Part shown: in pieces, positions 54,076 to 64,000 of the stretch
Position numbering within the stretch: the stretch's first letter is position 1
Layout of the letters: each line of letters starts with the position of its first letter
DNA from: Eukaryota sp. GEM-RC1
Taxonomy: Eukaryota
Length of the DNA stretch: 64,000 bases
NCBI GenBank assembly: GCA_040285855.1
Contig: JAUFOQ010000002.1
Location: forward strand, 1,302,001 to 1,366,000
Reading direction: 5' to 3'
Translations under genes and position numbers: made by a program
The notes under the pieces: generated by a model
Database searches by the model: none
Told to the model about the DNA's origin: nothing
The model's input: only the letters and a program-made list of their open reading frames with translations

Positions 54076-54113
54076 AAAGATGGAACATAAATTTTTGGCC
54101 AGAAAGCAAACCA

Positions 54114-55439
54114 ATGTCTTCATCTTGGCAATTCTTAATTCCAGTCAGGCTAGAACTGGAACATGAAGACAACAGACTCGTTGATTGCTTCCTTTGGAAT
54201 CCGTCAGACGCTGACCCTTTTCAATTTGCTACTCAGCTAGTTTCGGATATGAATCTACCACAATCTTTTATACCCCTAATCATTGAATCTATAAATATTC
54301 AATGTTCTCCTGACCATTATCCTCCTTTCAAACTTTCTGTTGATAGTCCTGGGGAATGCAGAATCCTCATCAAACTCGACATTGCTATTGGCACAACTCA
54401 CTTCAAAGACCAATTTGAACTGGATATCAATAACCCTCTCAATAATCCTGAAGACATTGCTCAGCGTATAGTCTTTGATCTTGGTCTTTCTCCCATCTTC
54501 GTTACCGCCATTTCTCATTCTATCCGAGAACAAATTGGCCGTGTCATGATGCTTATCAAACACCAACGTCTTTCTGAAGCCCCCATCTTACCCTCTCCCA
54601 TACTTGGAGCCCCTTATAGATGGACTGTAGAACTTCCTAGTTGGACACCCAAAGTAGAAGCCATCAACTCTGCTGAAGAAGCTCCTGTGGTCATGCCACC
54701 TTCTGGTCAGGGAAGAGAAATCTCTAAAGATGATTCCACAAGCTCCTTGTTATCTTCAGTCACTCCTAGTTCCTCTGTTGATCTGAGTAAGTCTAGACTA
54801 GCCCTAGATAGCCGTAAGTACAATCTAGGACCCCAAGGGCCACTCTTCCCCCATGAACTTGTTGAAAAGGTTGAGAAAGGAGAGACTGCTCTAGACGTTG
54901 CGATGGAGTTCCAAGTCACTCTCCCCACAATTAGAAAGCGGATGGATCAAGCAGGAGTTCCAAGGGAGAAGTGGTTCAATGTCCCCTGCACCAAAGAGAT
55001 CATTGATGCTCTTGATCCTGTTAAACCTGATGGTAGTGCTGAGACTGTCTCTATTCCTTTGAGTATAATTCAAGAGGTTGGGGCCAAGTTTAGTCTGGCT
55101 GAGACTGAGGTGCTTGCTATCTATAATGATACTGTTATTGACCATGGGTGGATACTGCCTGATGAATTGTTTATGAAGTTCCATGCAACTAATACGCCCT
55201 TGATTGCTATAGCAGATGCTGTGAAGATTCCCCTGAAGTCGTTGAAGAGATACATTAAAGCAGCAAAACTGTTACCAGAAGAGGTTATTAAGAGCTCTCC
55301 ACATTATAGAGTCAAGTTTTGGGACACTTCTGATATTGAGTATTTATTTGCAAAGGGATATAATGTGTACCAGGTTGCTGATGTGATGGGTCATACTGTG
55401 GCTGACGTCAACAGATCAAAAGCTCAGTTAGGACTGTGA
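54114..55439 (+). CDS. SNF5: SNF5/SMARCB1/Sfh1-family protein with C-terminal HTH-like extension
   Basis: Two SNF5 repeats: LIPVRLELE...DCFLWN...FATQLVSDMNLP and RILIKLDI...DQFELDI...PEDIAQRIVFDLGL...AISHSIREQI. Confidence 0.85.
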   Translation: MSSSWQFLIPVRLELEHEDNRLVDCFLWNPSDADPFQFATQLVSDMNLPQSFIPLIIESINIQCSPDHYPPFKLSVDSPGECRILIKLDIAIGTTHFKDQFELDINNPLNNPEDIAQRIVFDLGLSPIFVTAISHSIREQIGRVMMLIKHQRLSEAPILPSPILGAPYRWTVELPSWTPKVEAINSAEEAPVVMPPSGQGREISKDDSTSSLLSSVTPSSSVDLSKSRLALDSRKYNLGPQGPLFPHELVEKVEKGETALDVAMEFQVTLPTIRKRMDQAGVPREKWFNVPCTKEIIDALDPVKPDGSAETVSIPLSIIQEVGAKFSLAETEVLAIYNDTVIDHGWILPDELFMKFHATNTPLIAIADAVKIPLKSLKRYIKAAKLLPEEVIKSSPHYRVKFWDTSDIEYLFAKGYNVYQVADVMGHTVADVNRSKAQLGL

Positions 55440-55651
55440 TTATGTGTTTGTGATTAGTTTAATGTTTTAGATCAATGGTTCCATGATGCATTTATTGGTC
55501 TAGTTCAATTGATTTTAGATATCTTAATTTGATATTCTCTTCATTCTAACCAATTGAAGAATATTCAACATTTGTATAATTCTTTTCTTTAATGTAAGAA
55601 AACGACTCGCGTGTACTTCTAGTGTGATTGACTTTGCTCAACGCTCAGAAC

Positions 55652-56630
55652 TTAAATGTCTTGATCAAATAAACTATGGGCTTCGTCAATAGTAATTAAA
55701 GGCTGTGTCATTGGAACTTTGAAGGCTGTCAGAACCGAATACCAGCAGGTTACAGCAATAAACCCATCAATACATGAATGGAAATGACAGACCTTAGTTT
55801 CTGAAAGAGAACCAAAGAAGAGGATGTGAACGTCAAAGTCTTGGGATTTAAGCAGCTGTTTCAATTGAGTTGCTGTTTGAAAGTCGGATGCGAGAGAAGA
55901 TGTTATTATACCAATACTATTACACAATTTGAAGTTCTCAAGTTGCAAAAAGACGACGAGAGAGAATACGGGAGGGATTAATAGTAGTCGGAGTTTGTAG
56001 AGGAGAATTAAAGTGGAATATATTGGATATGGGAAGTTTGTTGGAGAAGCGTGGAATTGAGTGGGTCAAGTGGGATTGACCCAAAAAGACTAAATTGTGA
56101 GGTTCAGAAGTGGTTTTCCAGACAAAAGGGCCTAAATTCAGAGAGAAATCAGAAGAAATCAAGGGTATAAGACTATCTGCAAAAGTACATTTGTCACGTA
56201 GTTCAGAATTCAGGAACGGTAAAATAACATTTGTCTCTGATAAAGTGGAATGCAAGAGGGGTAAATAATGCAATAGTGAAGGGTCTATAACAAGTAGACA
56301 ATTTACCGATGAAAGTTGTTTGATTGTCTGACTGAAGGAGTTGACATCGGACTGAAGTTGAGAAGAAAGACTTGAACAATAAAGAAATAAAGCTTTCTGA
56401 GAACTCTGTCCACACCAGCTGTTCATCAGAATGATAGCATCAGCAGAAGTTGGACACGAAATATCTGCAGGACAACAACCAGGATCAGGAGTAAAAACTA
56501 CTGAAGAAGTAAGACCCGCAAAGCACTTAGATAACTCCTTTTGCAGATTATGTGCTTCATCAGTATATGTAGAAGTGGTTTGAATTGAGACGTGTTGAGC
56601 TGCAATGTTTTCAATGAAGGAAGTCAACAT
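55652..56630 (-). CDS. Diphthamide biosynthesis protein Dph2/Dph1-like
   Basis: DPGCCPAD...ADAIIL...C, SIGIITSSL and IDGFIAVTC. One indel at about 55947. Confidence 0.6.
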
Positions 56631-57342
56631 TTCAAAGTGAAGGGGGACGAATACTGGAAACCAACACGCACGCAGACTTTTAACTAAATAATTTACATTC
56701 ATTCGCTCTTCAGAAAATTGAAGATGAAAAGTCTACTTGTCTTTTCTTCGTGTATGTTAAATATCCATCATTTGTCAAGTGATGTCAACCTTTGCTACTG
56801 CTTAAGTACCATGTCGACCTTCACCAAGATCTCTGAATCTCTTCTTGTTTGAATATTAACCACAGCTTCGAACAATGTTCTATTAGATCTTCTCTTCCAG
56901 CTTGCTTATGTTTGTGTATGTCATTTCTTCTGTTTTACGCTGATGAACTCCTTGCGCCACGCTTAGTACCATAATGTTTTCATTGTTGGTTACGGTGCTG
57001 ATTGCAAAAACCGTCTTTTGATGGAGCTGAATCAACCTTTTTTTTTGATTATTCTAACCTTAGTTCCCTTTTTGAAAACAATAAACGTTTGATTCTAATT
57101 TATTTTTGTTGATCTCTAGTTAGCCATAAACTTTGGTTAACCCATGAAACATATTGAATCAATACAAAAATAAACAAGCACCTATTTAGATCAATCTGTA
57201 TGAATCAATACATACAATCAATTTTGACTCTCCAGATGTCGTTAGAGACTTGCTAAATCTGATGCTAAGAACCATCTGTTGACTAGTGAAAAATTCAAAG
57301 TGGAAAAGATTGAGCTAAATTGAAATTATTCAATTCAGTTCC

Positions 57343-58000
57343 AGAAACGAGGACGTTGAGTTTGGTTGTTGAACAAGCAGATAGTTTTGCACTATTACTT
57401 TTTTTGTGATTTATTTTTTGTACATATCTACTAGTAGTCCAGACTGAATTCCATTTCCAGTCTGTGTTGACTGCAACAGATTCAAATTTTGCTAAGTACT
57501 ATCATTGACCTGTACTGTATAGTTTCTTCCAAAACAGCTCTTTCCCATACATGCGAAATGGATAGTTTGGAGCTCTTAACCCGCATATTCAGTTGTTTTG
57601 TGGGTTTTTCTATTTTGGCTTAATTTTCATTTTTTTACTAACAAATCCTGTCCAATGAGATATACTATTACTAGTATATTTTTTCTAAGTTGGTACAGTA
57701 TGTCGAAAATCGTTGACCTTATTTAAGTGCAACATTTGGCGTGTGATAACTTTTTATAAAATTTTTGTTAAAGATGTCTATAGCAAATCAACCCAGTTCA
57801 TAATTTCTGTTAAAACTCTCAGTTACTCGAGTTTTACTACCATTGTACCCAACGAGTATACCTTCCTATTGTGGTATCTGTGTACATGGGCATATACGAT
57901 TCAATTTGTGAGACGACAGGTCAGAATTGGATGAAACTAATTGTTTACAACAGTCAATCCAATGTTAACAACTACAGTACTAGTAATTTATTCTGTATTC
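57343..58000. repeat. Inverted copy of 51860-52514
   Basis: Begins AGAAACGAGGACGTTGA (the last codons of SANBR) and carries two extra CTAGTA insertions. Confidence 0.9.
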
Positions 58001-58034
58001 GTGATGTTAATAATCTGTATTTTAGAGTTCTTTC

Positions 58035-58810
58035 CAGTTATGCGAAAAAATGAATTTAATTATAATTAATTGAATTAATTCCCTGAGAATTAATTAATTC
58101 TAGATGCTTAGAATTATAATTAATTAATTGTTACACCTTAGAATTAAAATTAATTAACGGAAATTAGTAGAATGAATTGTATAATTTCTTGTCAGCCATA
58201 CTGAGTTATCGTCTTAATGTTCAACAAGAAAGCATTGTTTATTTTTACATGTGTCGAACCACGATCTTCTAGTGCATATGAGAACCTTACAACTACATAT
58301 TGATAGTTTGATAGTATTACGGTGTAAACTTGTCAAACCTGGACTGCTAAATACCAGCAAACTGACGATATCATCAAACTTGTTTAGTGTACGAGATTCA
58401 AAACGCAAACAAATTCCAACACTGGACAATAAAACTCGTTCCTGATTTATTATCATCATAATAGCATGTTATGGTAACTATGAGAATCATTCAGTTCTCT
58501 AACGAAGCAATATTCCATCTTTTGAACCTGTTTTTCCGTACTTTGATGTAGTCAAATCAATTCTTTTAAGAACTGTCATGAGACAACGGTACCGAATTCA
58601 CTACCATTGTCTTAAGATGGTAATTGTGATTGATAGTATGTTGTATGTTATCGTATTGCTACTAAAGAATTAATTGCAATTAATTGCAATTAATTAATTG
58701 TGGGACCGGAGAATTAACTTAATTAATTTTAGGCCATAGTAATTGAAATTTATTACTTGTGGGTGTCAAGAATTATTAACTTAATTTAAATTAATTTCTT
58801 CGCATCGCTG
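58035..58810. mobile_element. 776-bp hAT-like non-autonomous element
   Basis: Termini CAGTTATGCGAAAAAAT / reverse complement CAGCGATGCGAAGAAAT. 8-bp TSD GTTCTTTC/GTTCTATC. Many subterminal AATTAATT motifs. Confidence 0.8.
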
Positions 58811-58818
58811 GTTCTATC

Positions 58819-60225
58819 TCTTTTAGAAGTAAGGTTCACGATTCTGTAAGGGATCAATTATATTGTATGTGTAAATCTTATGGGATAGTCTCCTTTTTAG
58901 AACCAGTTCTGGCTAATTTGTTTGATGATACAGATGTCGACAAATCGTTTAGAAAGAGCCGTGGTGATGTCATATTTCCTGGTCTTGATGGATCGTTAAT
59001 TATTGCTGATGTTATGTCTATCGGTGTTTGTAATGATTCTAAACAGAAACTTGTTAAAACTAATGCTAAAAAAACCTCTGTTGAATAAATGAAAAATTGA
59101 AAATGGAAAAATATTGTACTAAATTGAAATTATTGAATTTTGTTTCACACTCGAATTACTTGTTGTACCCATTTGTATTTTAGCTGTACTGTTTTTTAGG
59201 TGAATCTGCAACATAATTACTTGGAATCACTGTGAAGATTGTAAAAGAAATCAACATCTAGGACTTTTGATCTTAGATTTTGGAAGAACCGAATTGTATT
59301 TACTGTTTTTACAGATATGGTGGCTTCTGTTTCTTTATTATCTCTTGGCAGGCATTATGAGGATATGGTAGTTGAGAATTTCCAATTAGGCAGTTTGGAC
59401 CTTGAGGATATTGATATATATATATATTGCAAACAGCGCCAAACAGGATAAGTACAAGAAACCATTGCTAGCTTTAAAACATGTAAAACATGTTGAATAC
59501 GATTCAATTTACGGACGTTTAGGAAAAAGTGCAATGAATTTTTTAAACGATTTCGGAAAAATCGTAAAAAGTAGGATGAACAAACGTTTTGATCATATGT
59601 TATGGTTGAATCGGATCGTTTTTACTGTTTTTAAAACAGTTCCCCTAATCATCTCCAAAGCTTTATTAGCAGTGAGTGCCTTTTATGAGGACAAAGCTGT
59701 TGTAAGGTTTGATAGCGACGGGTGTTGTTTTAATGACATCAAATTTTAGTTTGCAAAAAAGTTGTAACAAGTTTGTTACAAAGGAAATCTCACCTTTAGA
59801 CATTGCTGAAAATAACAACCAAAGAAAGTATGCTGATCCTTTGAAAGACCTGGAAACACATTGTCCATGTTGAATATTCACTTGTCCCATTTGCGATTTC
59901 CGTATATGGTAGATTAGGCAAATTGGCCTTGAAGTTCCTTGATGAATTTGCAAAAGTTGTAGCTCGTAGAACCAACAAAATATTTGATCGTTCTTTTGGC
60001 AGAACCGAATTGTCTTTACGATTCTAAAGGCAGTCCCCACAATGATTTCAAAAGCTTTGTTATCCCTAAGTGTGTTTTATGAAGACAAAGCTTCAACAAG
60101 GTTCGATTCGAAGGAATCTTGTTTTGATGACATTGAGTATTAGATCATCTTTTTTTATTTTCGAATAAATGATAGATTAGGTAAAAAAAATTTTTAGTTG
60201 CTTGATCTATTACATTTATAATAAA
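58819..60225 (+). mobile_element. Three head-to-tail or nested CRE-like retrotransposon 3' fragments (families C, A, B)
   Basis: HDSVRDQLYCMCKS and RGDVIF in family C. Family A 59430-59751 matches about 23640-23970. Family B 59752-60190 has an A8 tail. The family A 3' UTR resumes at 60191. Confidence 0.85.
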
Positions 60226-60436
60226 GACTAGTACCAAAAAAAAGCAAACAACGCCAAAATTTCCGGAATTGTAATTAAGATATTGTTTTCGCATCACCAA
60301 GTCATTATCTTACTGATCTCTTAATGTCACCAAACACAAGAACAACTAAGACCGTGATGTTCCTTTTTGACTTACAGGAAATCGATTAAAAATTCGAGTT
60401 TCAACCACCAACCACACACACCAATGGACCTGTTCG

Positions 60437-63400
60437 ATGAGCTATCAACCTTTGACCCTCAGTCTTGAGTCCGTTGGCGACATTGAGTTTGGCAGCAACT
60501 TCTCCTATGTCTATTGGATTAACGACTTTCTTCTTTGTAAACGAGATAGCTTCTCTTTTGTAGATCACACAGGTGAACGCTTCAGACCCCCTTCGTTTCT
60601 ACGTCCTCTCACATCTGCTAGGGTTCTTTCTCTTTCCCAAAATGGTAAGTATATAATAGCAGGATTCCGATCAAACTCTGTCTCTCTCTTCTTCATTGAT
60701 AAGGAACTCTCTCTTTGTCTACCACAACTACCCAACCTATCATCCTCATCTTTTTGTGGAATGTCCTCTCTGTTCTCCCCATGCTCAATTCTCCATGTCT
60801 GTACTAGCAACGATGGCATCCTCTCATCTGTCCATACTGCTGACTCATCACTATTTCTCTTCTGCACCACTTCAGATTCTCTTGAATGGATTCCCTTAAC
60901 CTATTCTTCTGTTTCACCTTTTTGTTTTAACTTTGGATTTTCTCGTAAACTCAACTCAGGACCCTCCCTTACCATTACTTCTGCTTCCTGCACCATTGAC
61001 TACCATTCTGTAACCATTACTGCTGCAGTAGGAGTTGTCTCATTGGTAGGTACTTTTCCTTCTGTTTCTGATGATTCTCTAGTTGAGAGGGAAGTTTCTA
61101 AACAAGTTGTTATCGAGCTGGATCATGATGTTTTGAAAGAGTTTGGATTGGATCGCCTTATTGAGAATCAATCAAATTTGATTGTTAATTTCGATCATTC
61201 ATATCACATGTGTACTATAACTTCCTCTTTTGGTGTCGTGATCACCTTCCCACCTTCCATTATTTTTTCCTCTTCTTTCTCTAATCATGACGTGATACGA
61301 ATCAAGCCTGATTGTTCCTCAATCATTGACAATCTCTTTCTTTCTGATTCCATACTCATTTACTTCATCAAATCCTTACCTTTTACTATTGTCGACCATT
61401 GTTTTGGTTTAAACGGACTTTACCAGTTCTTTATTCTCTCCTCTGGTTCTCTCCTTTTGTTTACTCGAGGACTAACTCAAGTTAGAGGAAAACTCGGAAC
61501 TGATTCCTCACAAGGACATCACCTCGTTTCAGTAATGAATGCTAGACGATCTCCAAAGCTCTTTCCCCATTCCACTGGTCGTTTGTTACTGGTATCAGAC
61601 GGAAGCTTGGCCTCTGTCCTTAAGATTTGTTTACCCCATGATGATATTGAAAGTTGTTTGAAAGACTCGCTACAGTATTGGGTGCATGGTAAAGTTAAGG
61701 TTTCTTTGGTAAAACGAGTAGTTGAGTTTTGGGTGTTAAGTACTAGTTGTTCGGTATTAGTTGGGATGAGGGGCCAATCAGAATTGATTGACTGGTTTTT
61801 AACTGAGTTGGTGTCTTCGTCAGCAGTTGCTAGATTGGTTTATTCTCTGTTGTATTTTGATTACTTCAATCAGAATGTCGCTGGTGTGGTAGCTGTGTTG
61901 ATGAAGTTGTTAGATCAATCAAATTTGATTGACTCTGATAAGCTGACGTCAGAGTTGCACGTGGTGTATCATCGGTTTCTCCAAAACACTGACCTCCCTC
62001 GGTGTATTTCGAATCAAAAAGTTAGTGTTTTTGAGCTGTTTGTGCCCCCGAAAGGAATCAATTTTGATTGGGCATCGTTTAGGGATTGGGCATCATTGCC
62101 ACGTCAATCTGATGGCCTTCTTTCCTCTTTGCTGAGCTCTTTTTAGTAGGAGGACCTGGGTTGACTTCAATAATCTTAGATTTTGCTCAGTTCATTGACA
62201 AGAATTTCTCTTTTTTAAGACCAGACTCACTTCTATTACATATTGCCAGTTTCTTTGTTAGGAATCTTTCAATGATTAAATTAAGCCAGTTTTATGGTAA
62301 CTCTGTTTCTCTTTTCTGTCCACCAGAAAGACTAGCAAATATCTATTCAAGTACTGATTTAAATATTTGTGATTATGTAGATGTTTGTGAGTGTCTTCAG
62401 GATTCTGATTTTTTAAATATTCTTCTAATTACTCGTCAATACGAGTTGTTTTATCGGTATTCATGTTGTTTTCCCTCTTCATTAGTTATTATTAATGTGG
62501 TCAACAAGTTTTGTGCAAAAATTCCCAATTTTAAATTTGCAGACTTTTTCACTGGCCTAATCAAACACTTATCTTCCCTAAATCGCTTCACTTTTGCTGC
62601 TGAATTGTTTGTCAGGATTTCCGTAGACAGGAATTATTGGAATTCTACAATAGACGAACTACTAGAAGTCCTGCTATCAAACCTCGTCAACTCTTATTTC
62701 AATCTAGTTTCTGCCAATTGTTTTGATTTTTCTCATGACTTAACGAGACCAGCAAAGAATCTTCTTGAATTTACTGATGCTGAAAAGAAACAATATGAGA
62801 TTTTCTATATTTCTGATCTCATTGGTGTATGTCTTTGTAAGTTCCAGTCCAAGTTATACCTAGAGTACATCGTCTCTGGTACTAATTCCAAGCTATCCTA
62901 TTTGTCAATTGTTTTGATTAATTCGTGTACTCATAATATTTCTTATTTTTGTAACAAGTATATTACTAATTCAGTTTTCTCCCAGTTTAATTTAAATTCA
63001 CTAAATATTTCAGAATTTAAATCCGTAATTTACAGTTTCATCCGCCTCATCCCCTTCTACTCTTACTGCCCACAGCTCTTCCATGTCTTTGTTTCCCTTA
63101 TGAGCTACATACACGATGACAACTCATCATTTGCTTGTCCATTGTGCACTTGTTGTGCTCCCCAGAAGTTCAGCCATTTAATGAAGAAGATTCAATCTAG
63201 TAATGATGATGTTGACTTTAGTAGTTGTACTTTGGCTTCTAGTATTAAGACTAATTTCTCTGCATTGGAGAGTACTCATTGTAGATTGTTGTTTATGAAA
63301 CACACAAAGTCTTTACGAGATCGATATGCTCCTGCACATCCGTATTTAAAATTTTCCTCAATATTTGGGCGGAAAACTTCTCTTGAATCTCATGATAACG

Positions 63401-64000
63401 ATATTGAATTACTTGCCCAACGTTTTTTTACAGCGATACCTCAATTTAAGTCGTTGAGTGCCTGTCAATCAGAGGCAAAATACGATAGTGATTGCGAAAG
63501 CTGTCATAGTGAAAACCTCCGAAGTCAGCCGACATCTCAGACAAAATTGTATCTTAAAAACAGCTTACCTTCTATTAAAGAACTTGCCGCTGCTAAGTCA
63601 AGGAGCTCCCTTAGGGTTTCCTATGATCTCCCATCTCATGAAGAATTTCTTGGTAAACTTGCGTTTGATATCTACCTGAACACTATGCTTAAGTCCAACA
63701 GTGATCCAATGTCATCTACTAGGAAGCTATCAAGAGGGTCAATACTTCGACTAATGGACCAAAAGGGTATAGCAGTGTTGAATACAAGAAGTAGAAAAGA
63801 GCGGGGAGAAGGATTTACTGAGGATTTAACGGTGTTGAGAGAAATTGATCAGTTGGATCGCAATGAATTTGTACACGTTGTTGATTCTCCTAAGAGTGAC
63901 TCTTGTAAACGGACACGGTCTTCTCGAAAATCACAAATTCTTGATTCTAAAAATGAAGAATATTCCATTTCATTTGATTTGGAAACGCGGTCTTCGGAAA
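60437..64000 (+). CDS. Large protein, possibly CPLANE1/JBTS17-like (3' end outside window)
   Basis: The 569-aa ORF continues after an indel at about 62140 in a frame that appears open to the window end. FILSSGSLLLFTRG and PHSTGRLLLVSDGS recall the CPLANE1 N-terminal region (from memory). Confidence 0.45.

Overview
AT-rich, gene-dense eukaryotic DNA from an anaerobic and probably flagellated protist. The evidence is an [FeFe]-hydrogenase, cilium-type genes, 28-34 nt spliceosomal introns and very short intergenic spacers; a free-living metamonad-like organism is my inference. The window holds about 27 protein genes (including TrxR, MATE, two SMPDL3-like phosphodiesterases, PP2A-A, MTMR14, RWP-RK, PP1, eIF2B-beta, a Rheb-like GTPase, HEATR1, hydrogenase, enolase, SANBR, SNF5 and Dph2) and two tRNAs (Tyr-GTA with an intron, Thr-AGT). 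Intergenic regions contain many relics of restriction-like-endonuclease (CRE-like) non-LTR retrotransposons and four TIR-bounded MITEs. About 18 gene breaks sit on short homopolymers and shift in both directions, so they look like uncorrected long-read indels. Highlights: (1) a full-length Fanzor1-type RNA-guided nuclease gene of about 637 aa (30040-31954, minus), with all three RuvC residues, split in the ORF track by three homopolymer indels and lying next to a decayed FAR1/Mutator-like ORF and a hairpin-ended MITE; (2) a hidden selenoprotein thioredoxin reductase ending C-U-G with a GUGA-type SECIS; (3) a recurrent exact TA to TA-CTAG-TA insertion footprint, shown by four pairwise repeat comparisons; (4) SNF5 with a C-terminal extension carrying HTH-like motifs; (5) retrotransposons nested in each other's 3' ends.
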